Shown in pieces: positions 6,229 through 14,747 of a stretch of 43,757 nucleotides of DNA. The notes beneath the pieces are model-generated. The model did no database searches. It saw only the letters and a program-made list of their open reading frames with translations, and was not told where the DNA came from. The position numbers were made by a program, and so were the translations under genes. Position 1 is the stretch's first letter; the number at the start of each line of letters is the position of its first letter. Source of the DNA: a virus. Location: the IMG/VR virus record IMGVR_UViG_3300032213_001560; one strand, 5' to 3'.

Positions 6229-6635
6229 AAACCATCTGCGTGTCTGGCGGTTTTGATCCTATCCACATTGGCCATGTACGCATGATAGAAAAAGCAGCCG
6301 ACCTTGGCAACGTGGTTGTAATCCTTAACACCGATGAATGGCTTTTGCGTAAGAAAGGGTTCTTCGTAATGCCGTGGGAGCAGCGTAGGGAAATATTGCT
6401 GGCATTGCGCAGCGTGCATAATGTTATTATTGCGCGTGACGATGACGATACCGTATGCGAAACGCTCAAGTACCTAAAGCCGGATTACTTTGCTAATGGC
6501 GGCGATAGAACTACTAAGAATACACCAGAAAAGAAACTTTGTAAAGAATTAGGCATCACAATGCTTTGGGGTATGGGCGGCAAAAAGATTGCAAGCAGTA
6601 GTGAATTGGTTAAGAGGGCAAATGGCAAGATTTAA
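6225..6635 (+). CDS. HIGH-motif nucleotidyltransferase (cytidylyl/adenylyltransferase; RfaE/HldE domain II or TagD-like)
   Basis: The N-terminal ICVSGGFDPIHIGHVRMIE is the (T/H)xGH nucleotidyltransferase signature. ANGGDRT...SSSELV matches sugar-phosphate nucleotidyltransferases of the heptose/glycerol-phosphate type. Confidence 0.75.
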   Translation: MKTICVSGGFDPIHIGHVRMIEKAADLGNVVVILNTDEWLLRKKGFFVMPWEQRREILLALRSVHNVIIARDDDDTVCETLKYLKPDYFANGGDRTTKNTPEKKLCKELGITMLWGMGGKKIASSSELVKRANGKI

Positions 6636-6909
6636 AAAACGCGCATGGGGCTGGTATCTAGTTCTGCTTAATTTTCGGCAGTTCAAGGTAAAGCTGCTGC
6701 GTTTTAAACTTGGCGGTCAGTTATCAGTTCAATACCACAATCATAGAAGCGAGTTATGGCTATTCCTAACTGGAGTGCATAAGGGTAACTTTTGGCTGAT
6801 TAACAAGGGCGAGGTGCATACCTATTACGCTAATGGAGAGCGCCCGTTGGTGCTAGAAATCCAGTACGGCGAAAAGTGTAATGAATCTGACATTGTGAGG
6901 ATTCCATGA
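6622..6909 (+). CDS. cupin-domain protein, type II phosphomannose isomerase / GMP C-terminal domain-like (95 aa)
   Basis: RAWGWY..., KVKLLRFKLGGQLSVQYHNHRSELWLFLTG and EVHTY...LVLEIQYGEKCNESDIVRI follow the PMI/GMP cupin pattern (RPWG, KVK, LSLQxHxHRxEHW, IEVQxGxxxxEDDIxR). Start taken at ATG 6622. Confidence 0.7.
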   Translation: MARFKKRAWGWYLVLLNFRQFKVKLLRFKLGGQLSVQYHNHRSELWLFLTGVHKGNFWLINKGEVHTYYANGERPLVLEIQYGEKCNESDIVRIP

Positions 6910-7574
6910 TCGGCTGGTACACGGATAACGCTCTATCGCTTCAAGTGCTATCTGCTATACCCGACATTGAGCTAATGCACATAAAAGACTTTGCTCCTAT
7001 GCAAGATGTTCATGTTTTTTATGGTATCCACCGTGGCGCATCGCGTGCGATTCATCTGCTTAAATATTTTGGCATAGATTATTACTATATCGACAACGGC
7101 TATTTTGACGCTTTGTACGTCAATAGAAGCGGATTTAAGGGCATGGGAGGTAAATTCCGTGTTGTGAAGAATGATATGATTGAGCCTTGTGGATTTGAGG
7201 GTAGTTATAATTTTGATGTAAAGCGTACCATTATTATCCCTCCTACAGAATATACAGCAATGCACAATCTCACAACCCCTGAGGATTGGGGCAGGCTTGT
7301 TGGCCAACCTTTGGTAGATCATGGCGTTGAAATTCGCGTCAGAAAAAAAGATACCGAGATACCGCTTGAAGATGAATTGGCATGGTGTGACAGCGTCATA
7401 TCATTTAATTCAATGGTTATTATGCGTGCAATTGAAGCAGGAAAAGTTGTATGCGATACGCATGGCGTGCTACGCAATGATTATTTTTCGACATATAACA
7501 TTGAAGATATGAAAGCGTATTATGAGAAACGGCAGTTTACTATAGCGCAGCTTCGTGAGGGGGAATGGATATGA
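6906..7574 (+). CDS. hypothetical protein in the sugar island (222 aa)
   Basis: ATGA junction with the cupin ORF. No motif recognised. Context suggests a sugar-modifying or transfer role, but this is unproven. Confidence 0.6.
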   Translation: MIGWYTDNALSLQVLSAIPDIELMHIKDFAPMQDVHVFYGIHRGASRAIHLLKYFGIDYYYIDNGYFDALYVNRSGFKGMGGKFRVVKNDMIEPCGFEGSYNFDVKRTIIIPPTEYTAMHNLTTPEDWGRLVGQPLVDHGVEIRVRKKDTEIPLEDELAWCDSVISFNSMVIMRAIEAGKVVCDTHGVLRNDYFSTYNIEDMKAYYEKRQFTIAQLREGEWI

Positions 7575-8043
7575 AATTAAAGGAAAGATTTGAGCGTAAA
7601 TTTATCATTTCGGAAAGCGGGTGCTGGGAATGGACTGGCTCATTAAGCAGGCTTGGCTATGGCAATATACAGGTTAACAAGAAGAATATGAAAGCACACC
7701 GTGTAGCTTGGATGCTTTATAATGGGATATACCTAAAGCAGAAAATAATGATTTTCATGGAACGTGTGTTTTGCATAAATGTGATAATCGCAAATGCGTA
7801 AACCCAAAGCATTTATTTCTTGGTACTCATAAAGATAATATGAGTGATATGGTGAAAAAGGGTAGATACCCAAATAGGAACGGCAGCAATAACGGCAAAT
7901 CAAAGCTAAATGCTGATTCAGTTAGGCGTATTAGGGAAACAGCAAATCAATTAACAAGGGCAGAGGCTGCTAAGATTTTTAATGTGTGCCCAACAACAAT
8001 AAGCGCCGTTTTAAACAAAGTGGTGTGGGGGCACGTAGTATGA
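7565..8043 (+). pseudogene. HNH homing-endonuclease gene split by a 1-nt frameshift at a G-run (7724..7726)
   Basis: Frame A gives ...GCWEWTGS..GYG..KAHRVAWMLYNG. Frame B, open from 7723, continues DIPKAENNDFHGTCVLHKCDNRKCVNPKHLFLGTHKDNMSDM plus a C-terminal HTH-like region. One extra G in GGG would restore a single about-159-aa HNH_3-type ORF. Confidence 0.75.
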
Positions 8044-8813
8044 CATACACGGTTTATATCGGATGGGATTCTAGGGAGAAAATTTGTTATGACATTTGCC
8101 GAAAATCCATTGAACACAATACGCACTCAAAAGCAGAGATTATCCCATTATGCCACAAACAGCTTCGCAGGCAAGGATGGTTTACCCGCCCTTGGTTGAC
8201 AAACGCCTATGATGGTAACTGGACGGATCTTGTTGATGGCAGGCCATTTAGCACCGAGTTTTCGCATACTAGATTCCTTATCCCTTCGTTGATGGGCTAT
8301 AAGGGGTGGGCGCTGTTTATGGATTGCGACATGGTATGGGATGACAATATCAAAGACCTGTTTGCGCTCTGTGATGACAAATACGCCATAATGTGCGTAA
8401 AACATAACCATAAGCCACCAATGGGCGATAAAATGGATGGTGTGCCGCAGACAAACTATTACCGCAAGAACTGGTCTAGCTTTATGCTTATCAATTGTGG
8501 GCATCCAGCTAACAAAGATATTACGCCTGAGATGGTATCAACGCGCCCCGGTAGCTGGCTGCATAGTTTTGCGTGGCTGCAAGACTTCCAGATTGGCGCA
8601 TTGCCTACTACCTACAACTGGATTCAAGGCATATCACCAAGCAACGTCAAGCCAAAGGTTGTGCATTATACTGAGGGCGGGCCATGGTTTGACAATTACA
8701 AGGACGTTATGCACGCCGATACATGGTGGAAGTATTACAAACGCTGGCTTGAAGATGGTAACTATGAGCCTATTAAAGAAACGATTGATGTAGATTATGG
8801 GGTTTGGTTATGA
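8040..8813 (+). CDS. GT-A fold glycosyltransferase (family 8-like, DxD motif), 257 aa
   Basis: WALFMDCDMVWDDNIKDLF contains a DxD motif in the context typical of LPS-type retaining glycosyltransferases. Start taken at ATG 8040 (ATGA junction with the HNH ORF stop). Confidence 0.6.
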   Translation: MTYTVYIGWDSREKICYDICRKSIEHNTHSKAEIIPLCHKQLRRQGWFTRPWLTNAYDGNWTDLVDGRPFSTEFSHTRFLIPSLMGYKGWALFMDCDMVWDDNIKDLFALCDDKYAIMCVKHNHKPPMGDKMDGVPQTNYYRKNWSSFMLINCGHPANKDITPEMVSTRPGSWLHSFAWLQDFQIGALPTTYNWIQGISPSNVKPKVVHYTEGGPWFDNYKDVMHADTWWKYYKRWLEDGNYEPIKETIDVDYGVWL

Positions 8814-9787
8814 AAACCGCAATTGTAACAGGCGTGTGTGGTCAGGACGGTGCGTACTTAGCAAAGCACCTACTATCCCAAGGCTATAACGTTATTGGCT
8901 GGGCAAGACGCAATGCCTCACTTGCGGGGCTAAAATATCTTGGCGTTGAGTATCTTGTAAAGGTTGTTGATATTGATATTTGTGATCCGCACCACGTTGC
9001 AGACGAGATATATAAAACGCAGCCACAGGAATTATATAACCTTGCTGCACAATCGCATGTAGGGCTGTCGTTCAACAATGCAATGCAAACGTGTCAGGTA
9101 AACTACGGCGGCTACCTGAACATACTGCTTGCTGCTCGTAAGTTTGTACCAGCGTGCAAAATATATCAAGCCGGAACAAGCGAGATGTTTGGTTATTCAG
9201 CGGAAGGAATATGCAATGAACAAACTCCGTTTTCCCCTATGTCCCCGTATGCAATTTCGAAAGTCGCCGCGCATTGGGCAGGGGTCAATGCTCGATATGA
9301 AGCAGAACAATTTGTATGCAACGGTATTTTGTTCAATCACGAAAGTCCACTTAGGGGCAACGATTTTGTAACAAAGAAGATAACCAACTTTGTAAAGAAT
9401 TTTAGCGGTACAGAATGTTTAAAACTAGGCAATCTGGATGCCTCGCGTGATTGGGGCCATGCGCAGGACTATGTGATTGCCATGCACAAAATGCTGCAAG
9501 CACCTATGCCAGATGATTATGTTATTGCAACAGGTCACTCAACAACGGTTCGTAACTTTGTGCGTATGGCGTTTGAGGTTATTGGCAAAGGCATCATGTT
9601 TGAAGGCGAAGGCGTTAATGAATGTGGGTACGTCAACGGCGTGAAAGTAGTTGAAGTATCGCCAGAGTTCTACCGCCCTAATGATCTGAAATACTTAAGA
9701 GGTAGCGCTAAAAAAGCGCAGCAACGCCTTGATTGGACACCAACAATTACGATTGAACAGCTTGTAGGAGAAATGGTTACATCATGA
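8810..9787 (+). CDS. gmd: GDP-mannose 4,6-dehydratase
   Basis: TGVCGQDGAYLAKHLLSQGY (Rossmann GxxGxxG), YNLAAQSHVGLSF, YQAGTSEMFG, SPYAISKVAAHW (YxxxK) and CNGILFNHESPLRGNDFVTKKIT are collinear with bacterial GMD. ATG 8810 forms an ATGA junction. Confidence 0.9.
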   Translation: MKTAIVTGVCGQDGAYLAKHLLSQGYNVIGWARRNASLAGLKYLGVEYLVKVVDIDICDPHHVADEIYKTQPQELYNLAAQSHVGLSFNNAMQTCQVNYGGYLNILLAARKFVPACKIYQAGTSEMFGYSAEGICNEQTPFSPMSPYAISKVAAHWAGVNARYEAEQFVCNGILFNHESPLRGNDFVTKKITNFVKNFSGTECLKLGNLDASRDWGHAQDYVIAMHKMLQAPMPDDYVIATGHSTTVRNFVRMAFEVIGKGIMFEGEGVNECGYVNGVKVVEVSPEFYRPNDLKYLRGSAKKAQQRLDWTPTITIEQLVGEMVTS

Positions 9788-11439
9788 AAACAGCAGTTTG
9801 CACAACTTTTCCGTTAGATTATTACAATGTCTGCGCACGCGAAATGATTGTCACATTTGATAAGCATTGGCCTAAAGATGTGGATTTATTCATTGCATTG
9901 GACAAGGTAAGCAAAGAAGAATTGGCATTTTTACATCAGGATATTGGTGATATTCTCAAATCTGGGCGCGAGTTCTTTATATCAAATCAATGGACGGATG
10001 AAAAAGAGGCGTTTTATAAGCGCAATCAGGACTCACCTGATGTTAGCTACCGTTTCCATGTATGCAAGTTTGCGCACAAGGTATTTGCGCTAAAGGGCGT
10101 TGCTGACCATTGCCGCCAATTAGATTATACGGACATTATTTGGTTGGATGCTGATGTTATTACGAAGGCTGATTATGTGCCGGAAGATATGGGGGCAAAT
10201 GTTACAAAATTAGAAATATATGACGCCGCAACATTACAACGCATTGACGCTCCACATAGCGAATGCTCATTTATTCAATTTAGCCTTGAAGGTAAGGGCG
10301 GAGAAATTATTGACAAAATGCACAATTGCTATGTCACTGATGAAGTGCTTATGCTTGCTGGCTGGACAGATTGCGATGTGTTCGACCATGTAGCAAAAAA
10401 TTATTGCGTTTTGAATTTGTCAGAAGGCATAAAGGGATGGCATGTGTTCCCAGAATCAAAACTAGGCAAATACATGGAGCACCGCAAAGGGAACCGAAAG
10501 CATGTGGCTAAAACACAAAATATCATGCAGCCAAACGAAATACAGCGCCCTATTGTAGCGGATACCATGACTATTAAAACCATGAACTGCATTCCGCATG
10601 AACAGATCATTGCAAATATTAAAGAAAACCTTAAACAAATTAAAAAATGGGTAGAATACGTTAAACCGCACGATGAAACCGTGGTTATTTGCAGCGCGGG
10701 CGAAAGCTTGTCCTATTGTGATGTTAAGAAATGGGCGGATAAAGGTACAAAGATTGTTACGGTAAAACATGCCATTGATCGCTTGAAAGCATGGGGAATT
10801 AAGCCTTGGGCGTGTGTATTGCTAGACCCAAGACAGCATGTTGAGAAATTTATTAACACACCAGACAAGGATGTTATCTATTTTGTTGCTTCTATGGTTG
10901 ATCCGTCTGTTGTTAAGACGTTGTTAGATAACAATTGTATTGTTATTGGCTATCACGCAATGGTTGGCGCAGGCGAAGAAAAAATACTAGACAAAGGCAC
11001 TATGCTTGTTTCTGGCGGCAGCGCTACAGCCACTCGCTGCCTTGGCGTTCTGCATGAGTGCCTTGGGTTTAGCGACATCCATTGTTATGGTTACGACCTT
11101 TGCTACTTCACCAAGCCTGACATGAATAAGCGCGATGATGCTGGAAATCTCAAGTATATGGAAATTACTTTGGCTGCGAAAACATGGGGCGGAAAGCTAC
11201 AGCAGCGCACGTTTTGGACAGAAGGGCAGTTCTTGGCACAGGCGAAAGAACTGCATGATTTGTATAAAACCGAACAAGGGTTTAATATGGTACTTCATGG
11301 GAACGGTATTCCATCGTGGCAAAGAGCTTGCTTTGAGCAGTATAAGGCATGGGTAGATCAGTTTAATTCTAAAATAGACCAAATCAAACAAAACAGCGTA
11401 ACGCTACAAGAGTGGGAAAATGGAATTAGAGCAAAATGA
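9784..11439 (+). CDS. two-domain transferase: N-terminal DxD nucleotide-sugar transferase-like domain fused to a DUF115/MptE-like (Maf-type) domain, 551 aa
   Basis: The N-terminal half has DIIWLDADVITKAD (DxD). The C-terminal half has VVICSAGESLSY...VTVKHAIDRLKAWGIKPWACVLLDP...SGGSATATRCLGVLHECLGFSDIHCYGYDL, which matches the DUF115 pattern as I recall it. Confidence 0.6.
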   Translation: MKTAVCTTFPLDYYNVCAREMIVTFDKHWPKDVDLFIALDKVSKEELAFLHQDIGDILKSGREFFISNQWTDEKEAFYKRNQDSPDVSYRFHVCKFAHKVFALKGVADHCRQLDYTDIIWLDADVITKADYVPEDMGANVTKLEIYDAATLQRIDAPHSECSFIQFSLEGKGGEIIDKMHNCYVTDEVLMLAGWTDCDVFDHVAKNYCVLNLSEGIKGWHVFPESKLGKYMEHRKGNRKHVAKTQNIMQPNEIQRPIVADTMTIKTMNCIPHEQIIANIKENLKQIKKWVEYVKPHDETVVICSAGESLSYCDVKKWADKGTKIVTVKHAIDRLKAWGIKPWACVLLDPRQHVEKFINTPDKDVIYFVASMVDPSVVKTLLDNNCIVIGYHAMVGAGEEKILDKGTMLVSGGSATATRCLGVLHECLGFSDIHCYGYDLCYFTKPDMNKRDDAGNLKYMEITLAAKTWGGKLQQRTFWTEGQFLAQAKELHDLYKTEQGFNMVLHGNGIPSWQRACFEQYKAWVDQFNSKIDQIKQNSVTLQEWENGIRAK

Positions 11440-13684
11440 GTCATATCCTGAAATTGAACAAATGGATGCTGAAGAAGCGCCACCACCGCTAGAACCAAAA
11501 GCTCCAGAAGATGTAAACCTTGCCGAAGAACTTTCGCAAGATGCTGAAGGAGCTAAGGAATTAACAAAGATTGCCAATGAGTGCGTCAAAGCATTTGAAG
11601 ATGACCTTGAATCTCGTAGCGATTGGGAGGAAATGCACACCACCTACCGCGAGATTTACTACCAGCGCGATATGCCGGAAACCCCGCCTTGGACGGGTTC
11701 TAGCGAAGAAAGCCTGCCAATTCTTTCTGAAGCTGTAGGCCAGTTCCAAAGCCGTTCTTATAAAGCGTTTTTCCCAAATCGTTATTTTATTGATTGCATC
11801 CCTGTAGGAAAAAGTTCCACAAATGCTCGCGAACGTGCCGAACGCATCTCCCGCCATATGTCCTATCAACTTGGTGTGCTTGACCGGACGTATAAAGCAA
11901 ATAAAAACCAGATGTTTATGGCCGCAGCCCTTGATGGCAGTGATTTTACCAAAACTTATTGGTCGCCTGTACGCAGACAAGTGGTTATTGAGCGTGTGCG
12001 TGCGGAAGATTTGGTCGTTCCTTACGGCGTTGGGCCACGCCGTTTAGAAGAAATTGAACGTAAAACGCAAATTAAATGGTGCAGCGTCAACGAAACACGC
12101 ATTTTAAAAGCCGCTGGATGGTATATTGACGAAGGTACGCCATATACGCAGCTTGGCGACCAAACATCAATGCAGCAAGCCGCAGATGAGGCTGAAGGGG
12201 TACAAAAAAGCAGTACTTACGACCAATCAGCAGGTCAATGCTGCATCCTTGAACAGCATACCTTGCTGGATTTAGATGATGATGGCATTGCAGAACCTTA
12301 TATTGTGTGGATTGACCGTCAAAGCAAGAAAATCCTGCGCATCCAGATTCGCTATGAAGTAGATAAAACAGGTTTACCGCTGAATAATAAAGAACCTGTT
12401 GAATATTTTACGCATTATCAGTTTTTACCTAACCCAAATGGGTTTTATGGCCTTGGTTTTGGCTTCTTGCTGGCAAAAATTAACCTTGCTGTTAATAAAC
12501 TTTCCCGCATGTTTATTGATGCCAACGAGCTTTCGGTTGTTGGAAATCTTACTTACCTGATTAGCGACCAGCTTGGGTTACCGGGTGATAGTTTTGAAAT
12601 GTCGCTTGGCAAAGGCATCAAAATCCCGCGCTCTGTGCAAGATATTAACGCGCACTTTAAGCAATTAAACTTTGCACCGCCTAGCCAGCAGACAATGCAG
12701 ATGATTGAGCAGTTGCGTACTGCTGCCTCCCGACTTAGTTCGGCAACTGACATTCTTTCTGGGCAGCCTGACAAGGTTTATCAGCCTGAAGCCATGCTTG
12801 CCATGATTGAACAGGGTTTGCAGCTTTTTAGCTCTGTTCAGGAGTTTTTGGGCGTTGCAATGGAAGATGAATTGCAAAAAGTCTACCGCCTAAATGCAAA
12901 ATACCTGCAAGAAGATGCTAACTTTGTGTTTGGCGATGACCAAATTACAGTGACACGCGAAGATTACAAAGACGACTTCCGCGTTATGCCAATTTTTGAT
13001 CCTAAGTATTCTACCCGTTCGCAGAAGCTTGCAAAAGCTAAAGCCGAGTATGAATTTGCTATTGGCAATCCACTAATGCAGCAAGATCAAGAATCTATCT
13101 ATCTTGTTTCTAAAAACGTGCTTGAATCGTTGGATGCAGAGGATATTGACGCAAAACTTAAAAAACCCGCGCCTCCTCCTGCACCAGCACGCATTGATGA
13201 CCAGAATCTTGAGAACGCATACTTCCTCATGCCGCCTGATAAAAGGCCATTGTTTGATGTATACCCAGATCAAGACCATTTACAGCACATTAGGAAAGTT
13301 GATGAGTTTATTGCGTTTATTGACGCCTCATCACCGCTTGAAGTGCCTAATTTACCAGGTGGCGACCCCGGTATTTCACAGTTAATTGCCACATTAAGCG
13401 GCGAACAAAAGAAAGAACTTGTTGCCAATCTGCTGCGTCATAGGTCGCTGCATATGGCGTTTATGTATGGTCAACTTAATGGGGTTATGGATGAGCAAGG
13501 ACAACCAATCACACCTAACAACGGTGGAGCAGGATCTGCTGGAGGGGTGGCAACGACACCGAGTGACAACCCTGATTTGGCGCAAATTATGTCAGGATTA
13601 CAATCCCTACTCGGCGCTTCTAGTATGCAAGCCGGAGGAACTGGGCAGGTATCAGGGGCAGGCGGAAATGATGGAAGTGCTTAA
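11420..13684 (+). CDS. portal protein (754 aa) with acidic N-terminal and Gly-rich C-terminal extensions
   Basis: Largest head-module ORF in the late operon, between terL and the scaffold/capsid genes. Assigned by size, position and general portal-like composition. No diagnostic motif verified. Confidence 0.7.
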   Translation: MELEQNESYPEIEQMDAEEAPPPLEPKAPEDVNLAEELSQDAEGAKELTKIANECVKAFEDDLESRSDWEEMHTTYREIYYQRDMPETPPWTGSSEESLPILSEAVGQFQSRSYKAFFPNRYFIDCIPVGKSSTNARERAERISRHMSYQLGVLDRTYKANKNQMFMAAALDGSDFTKTYWSPVRRQVVIERVRAEDLVVPYGVGPRRLEEIERKTQIKWCSVNETRILKAAGWYIDEGTPYTQLGDQTSMQQAADEAEGVQKSSTYDQSAGQCCILEQHTLLDLDDDGIAEPYIVWIDRQSKKILRIQIRYEVDKTGLPLNNKEPVEYFTHYQFLPNPNGFYGLGFGFLLAKINLAVNKLSRMFIDANELSVVGNLTYLISDQLGLPGDSFEMSLGKGIKIPRSVQDINAHFKQLNFAPPSQQTMQMIEQLRTAASRLSSATDILSGQPDKVYQPEAMLAMIEQGLQLFSSVQEFLGVAMEDELQKVYRLNAKYLQEDANFVFGDDQITVTREDYKDDFRVMPIFDPKYSTRSQKLAKAKAEYEFAIGNPLMQQDQESIYLVSKNVLESLDAEDIDAKLKKPAPPPAPARIDDQNLENAYFLMPPDKRPLFDVYPDQDHLQHIRKVDEFIAFIDASSPLEVPNLPGGDPGISQLIATLSGEQKKELVANLLRHRSLHMAFMYGQLNGVMDEQGQPITPNNGGAGSAGGVATTPSDNPDLAQIMSGLQSLLGASSMQAGGTGQVSGAGGNDGSA

Positions 13685-13711
13685 AACTTATTTTCAACCA
13701 AAGGAGTAGTT

Positions 13712-13837
13712 ATGGCTAAAAAGAAACCTTTTGAAAAATCCGCAGCAGATAAAAAATCTGATAAAAAGGGCGGCTACAAAGAAAATTCTAAAAAAGATAA
13801 AGCAGTAGATAAAAAGATGATGAAAAAAGGTAAATAG
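13712..13837 (+). CDS. Lys-rich basic peptide (41 aa, 17 Lys)
   Basis: Manual translation: MAKKKPFEKSAADKKSDKKGGYKENSKKDKAVDKKMMKKGK. AAGGAG lies 5 nt upstream of the ATG. Its TAG stop shares a base with the GTG start of the GNAT gene. Confidence 0.6.
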   Translation: MAKKKPFEKSAADKKSDKKGGYKENSKKDKAVDKKMMKKGK

Positions 13838-14304
13838 TGACTACTAAAGTTAGCTATAAGTTTGTCACAATAGACGAGCTTGAAGCTTGCGCTAATATCC
13901 ATGATTTACTGCATGAATACGCAGAAGAATCAGCAGTAAAAGGTTTGCCTTCCCCCAATGCCAAATCAGAATTGTACAAAGGACTGGAAAGCACTGGCGC
14001 ATTACAGGCGATTGGTGCGTTTATTGATAACGAACTAATTGGCTTTATACTCATTCTATCTCCTGTAATGGCGCATTACAGTGCGCTTGTTTGTGTGGTT
14101 GAAAGCTTTTTTGTTACAAAAAATAAAAGAAATACTGGTGCAGGCATAAAATTGTTGCACTATGCTGAGGATTTTGCAAAAAGCAAAGGCTCCCCCGGAT
14201 TGTTAGTAAGCGCACCTGTAAACGGCGTGCTATGCAACGTTTTGCCGCATATCGGCTATACAGAATCTAATAGGGTGTTTTTCAAAAGGCTTAAAGATGA
14301 GTAA
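13837..14304 (+). CDS. GNAT-family N-acetyltransferase (155 aa, GTG start)
   Basis: VVESFFVTKNKRNTGAGIKLLHYAEDFAKSKG fits GNAT motif A (R/Q-x-x-G-x-G/A followed by a helix). Confidence 0.7.
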   Translation: MTTKVSYKFVTIDELEACANIHDLLHEYAEESAVKGLPSPNAKSELYKGLESTGALQAIGAFIDNELIGFILILSPVMAHYSALVCVVESFFVTKNKRNTGAGIKLLHYAEDFAKSKGSPGLLVSAPVNGVLCNVLPHIGYTESNRVFFKRLKDE

Positions 14305-14746
14305 TTTGCCCACCATACCAAAGATGGATAATGCTAGTATTGACGCGGTAAGACGGTTTGAAAGCCTTGCTCTGCAACAGGAGCAAGCCGAGATTACAAC
14401 ACAACATTTAATACACGCTGGAATGTATGCTCGGACTATATTGGTCAAGAAAGACACAATAATTACAGGTGCGCTTATTAAAATTGCAACAATATTAATA
14501 ATTAACGGCAATGTTGTTGTAACCATTGGAAACGAAGCAATAGAGCTAATTGGGTATCATGTTTTGCCAGCCAGCGCATACCGAAAACAAGCCTTTTTGA
14601 CAAAAGAGGATACTTATATGACAATGGTATTTGCGACATCAGCAAATAGTGTTGAAGAAGCAGAGAGTAAATTTACCGATGAGGTAGATTTGCTAATTTC
14701 AAGAAAAAGCGATTCAAGCAATAAAATAGTGATTACAGGGGAATAA
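14297..14746 (+). CDS. hypothetical head-module protein (149 aa)
   Basis: ORF track. 8-nt overlap with the GNAT gene. Beta-rich sequence, no motif recognised. Confidence 0.65.
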   Translation: MSNLPTIPKMDNASIDAVRRFESLALQQEQAEITTQHLIHAGMYARTILVKKDTIITGALIKIATILIINGNVVVTIGNEAIELIGYHVLPASAYRKQAFLTKEDTYMTMVFATSANSVEEAESKFTDEVDLLISRKSDSSNKIVITGE

Positions 14747-14747
14747 T

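Noticed and set aside
7720-7732. Programmed -1 ribosomal frameshift joining the two HNH ORFs
   Set aside because: The sequence around the shift (aat ggg ata) is not a canonical X XXY YYZ slippery heptamer, and no downstream pseudoknot or hairpin was seen. A 1-nt indel in the G-run is the simpler explanation.
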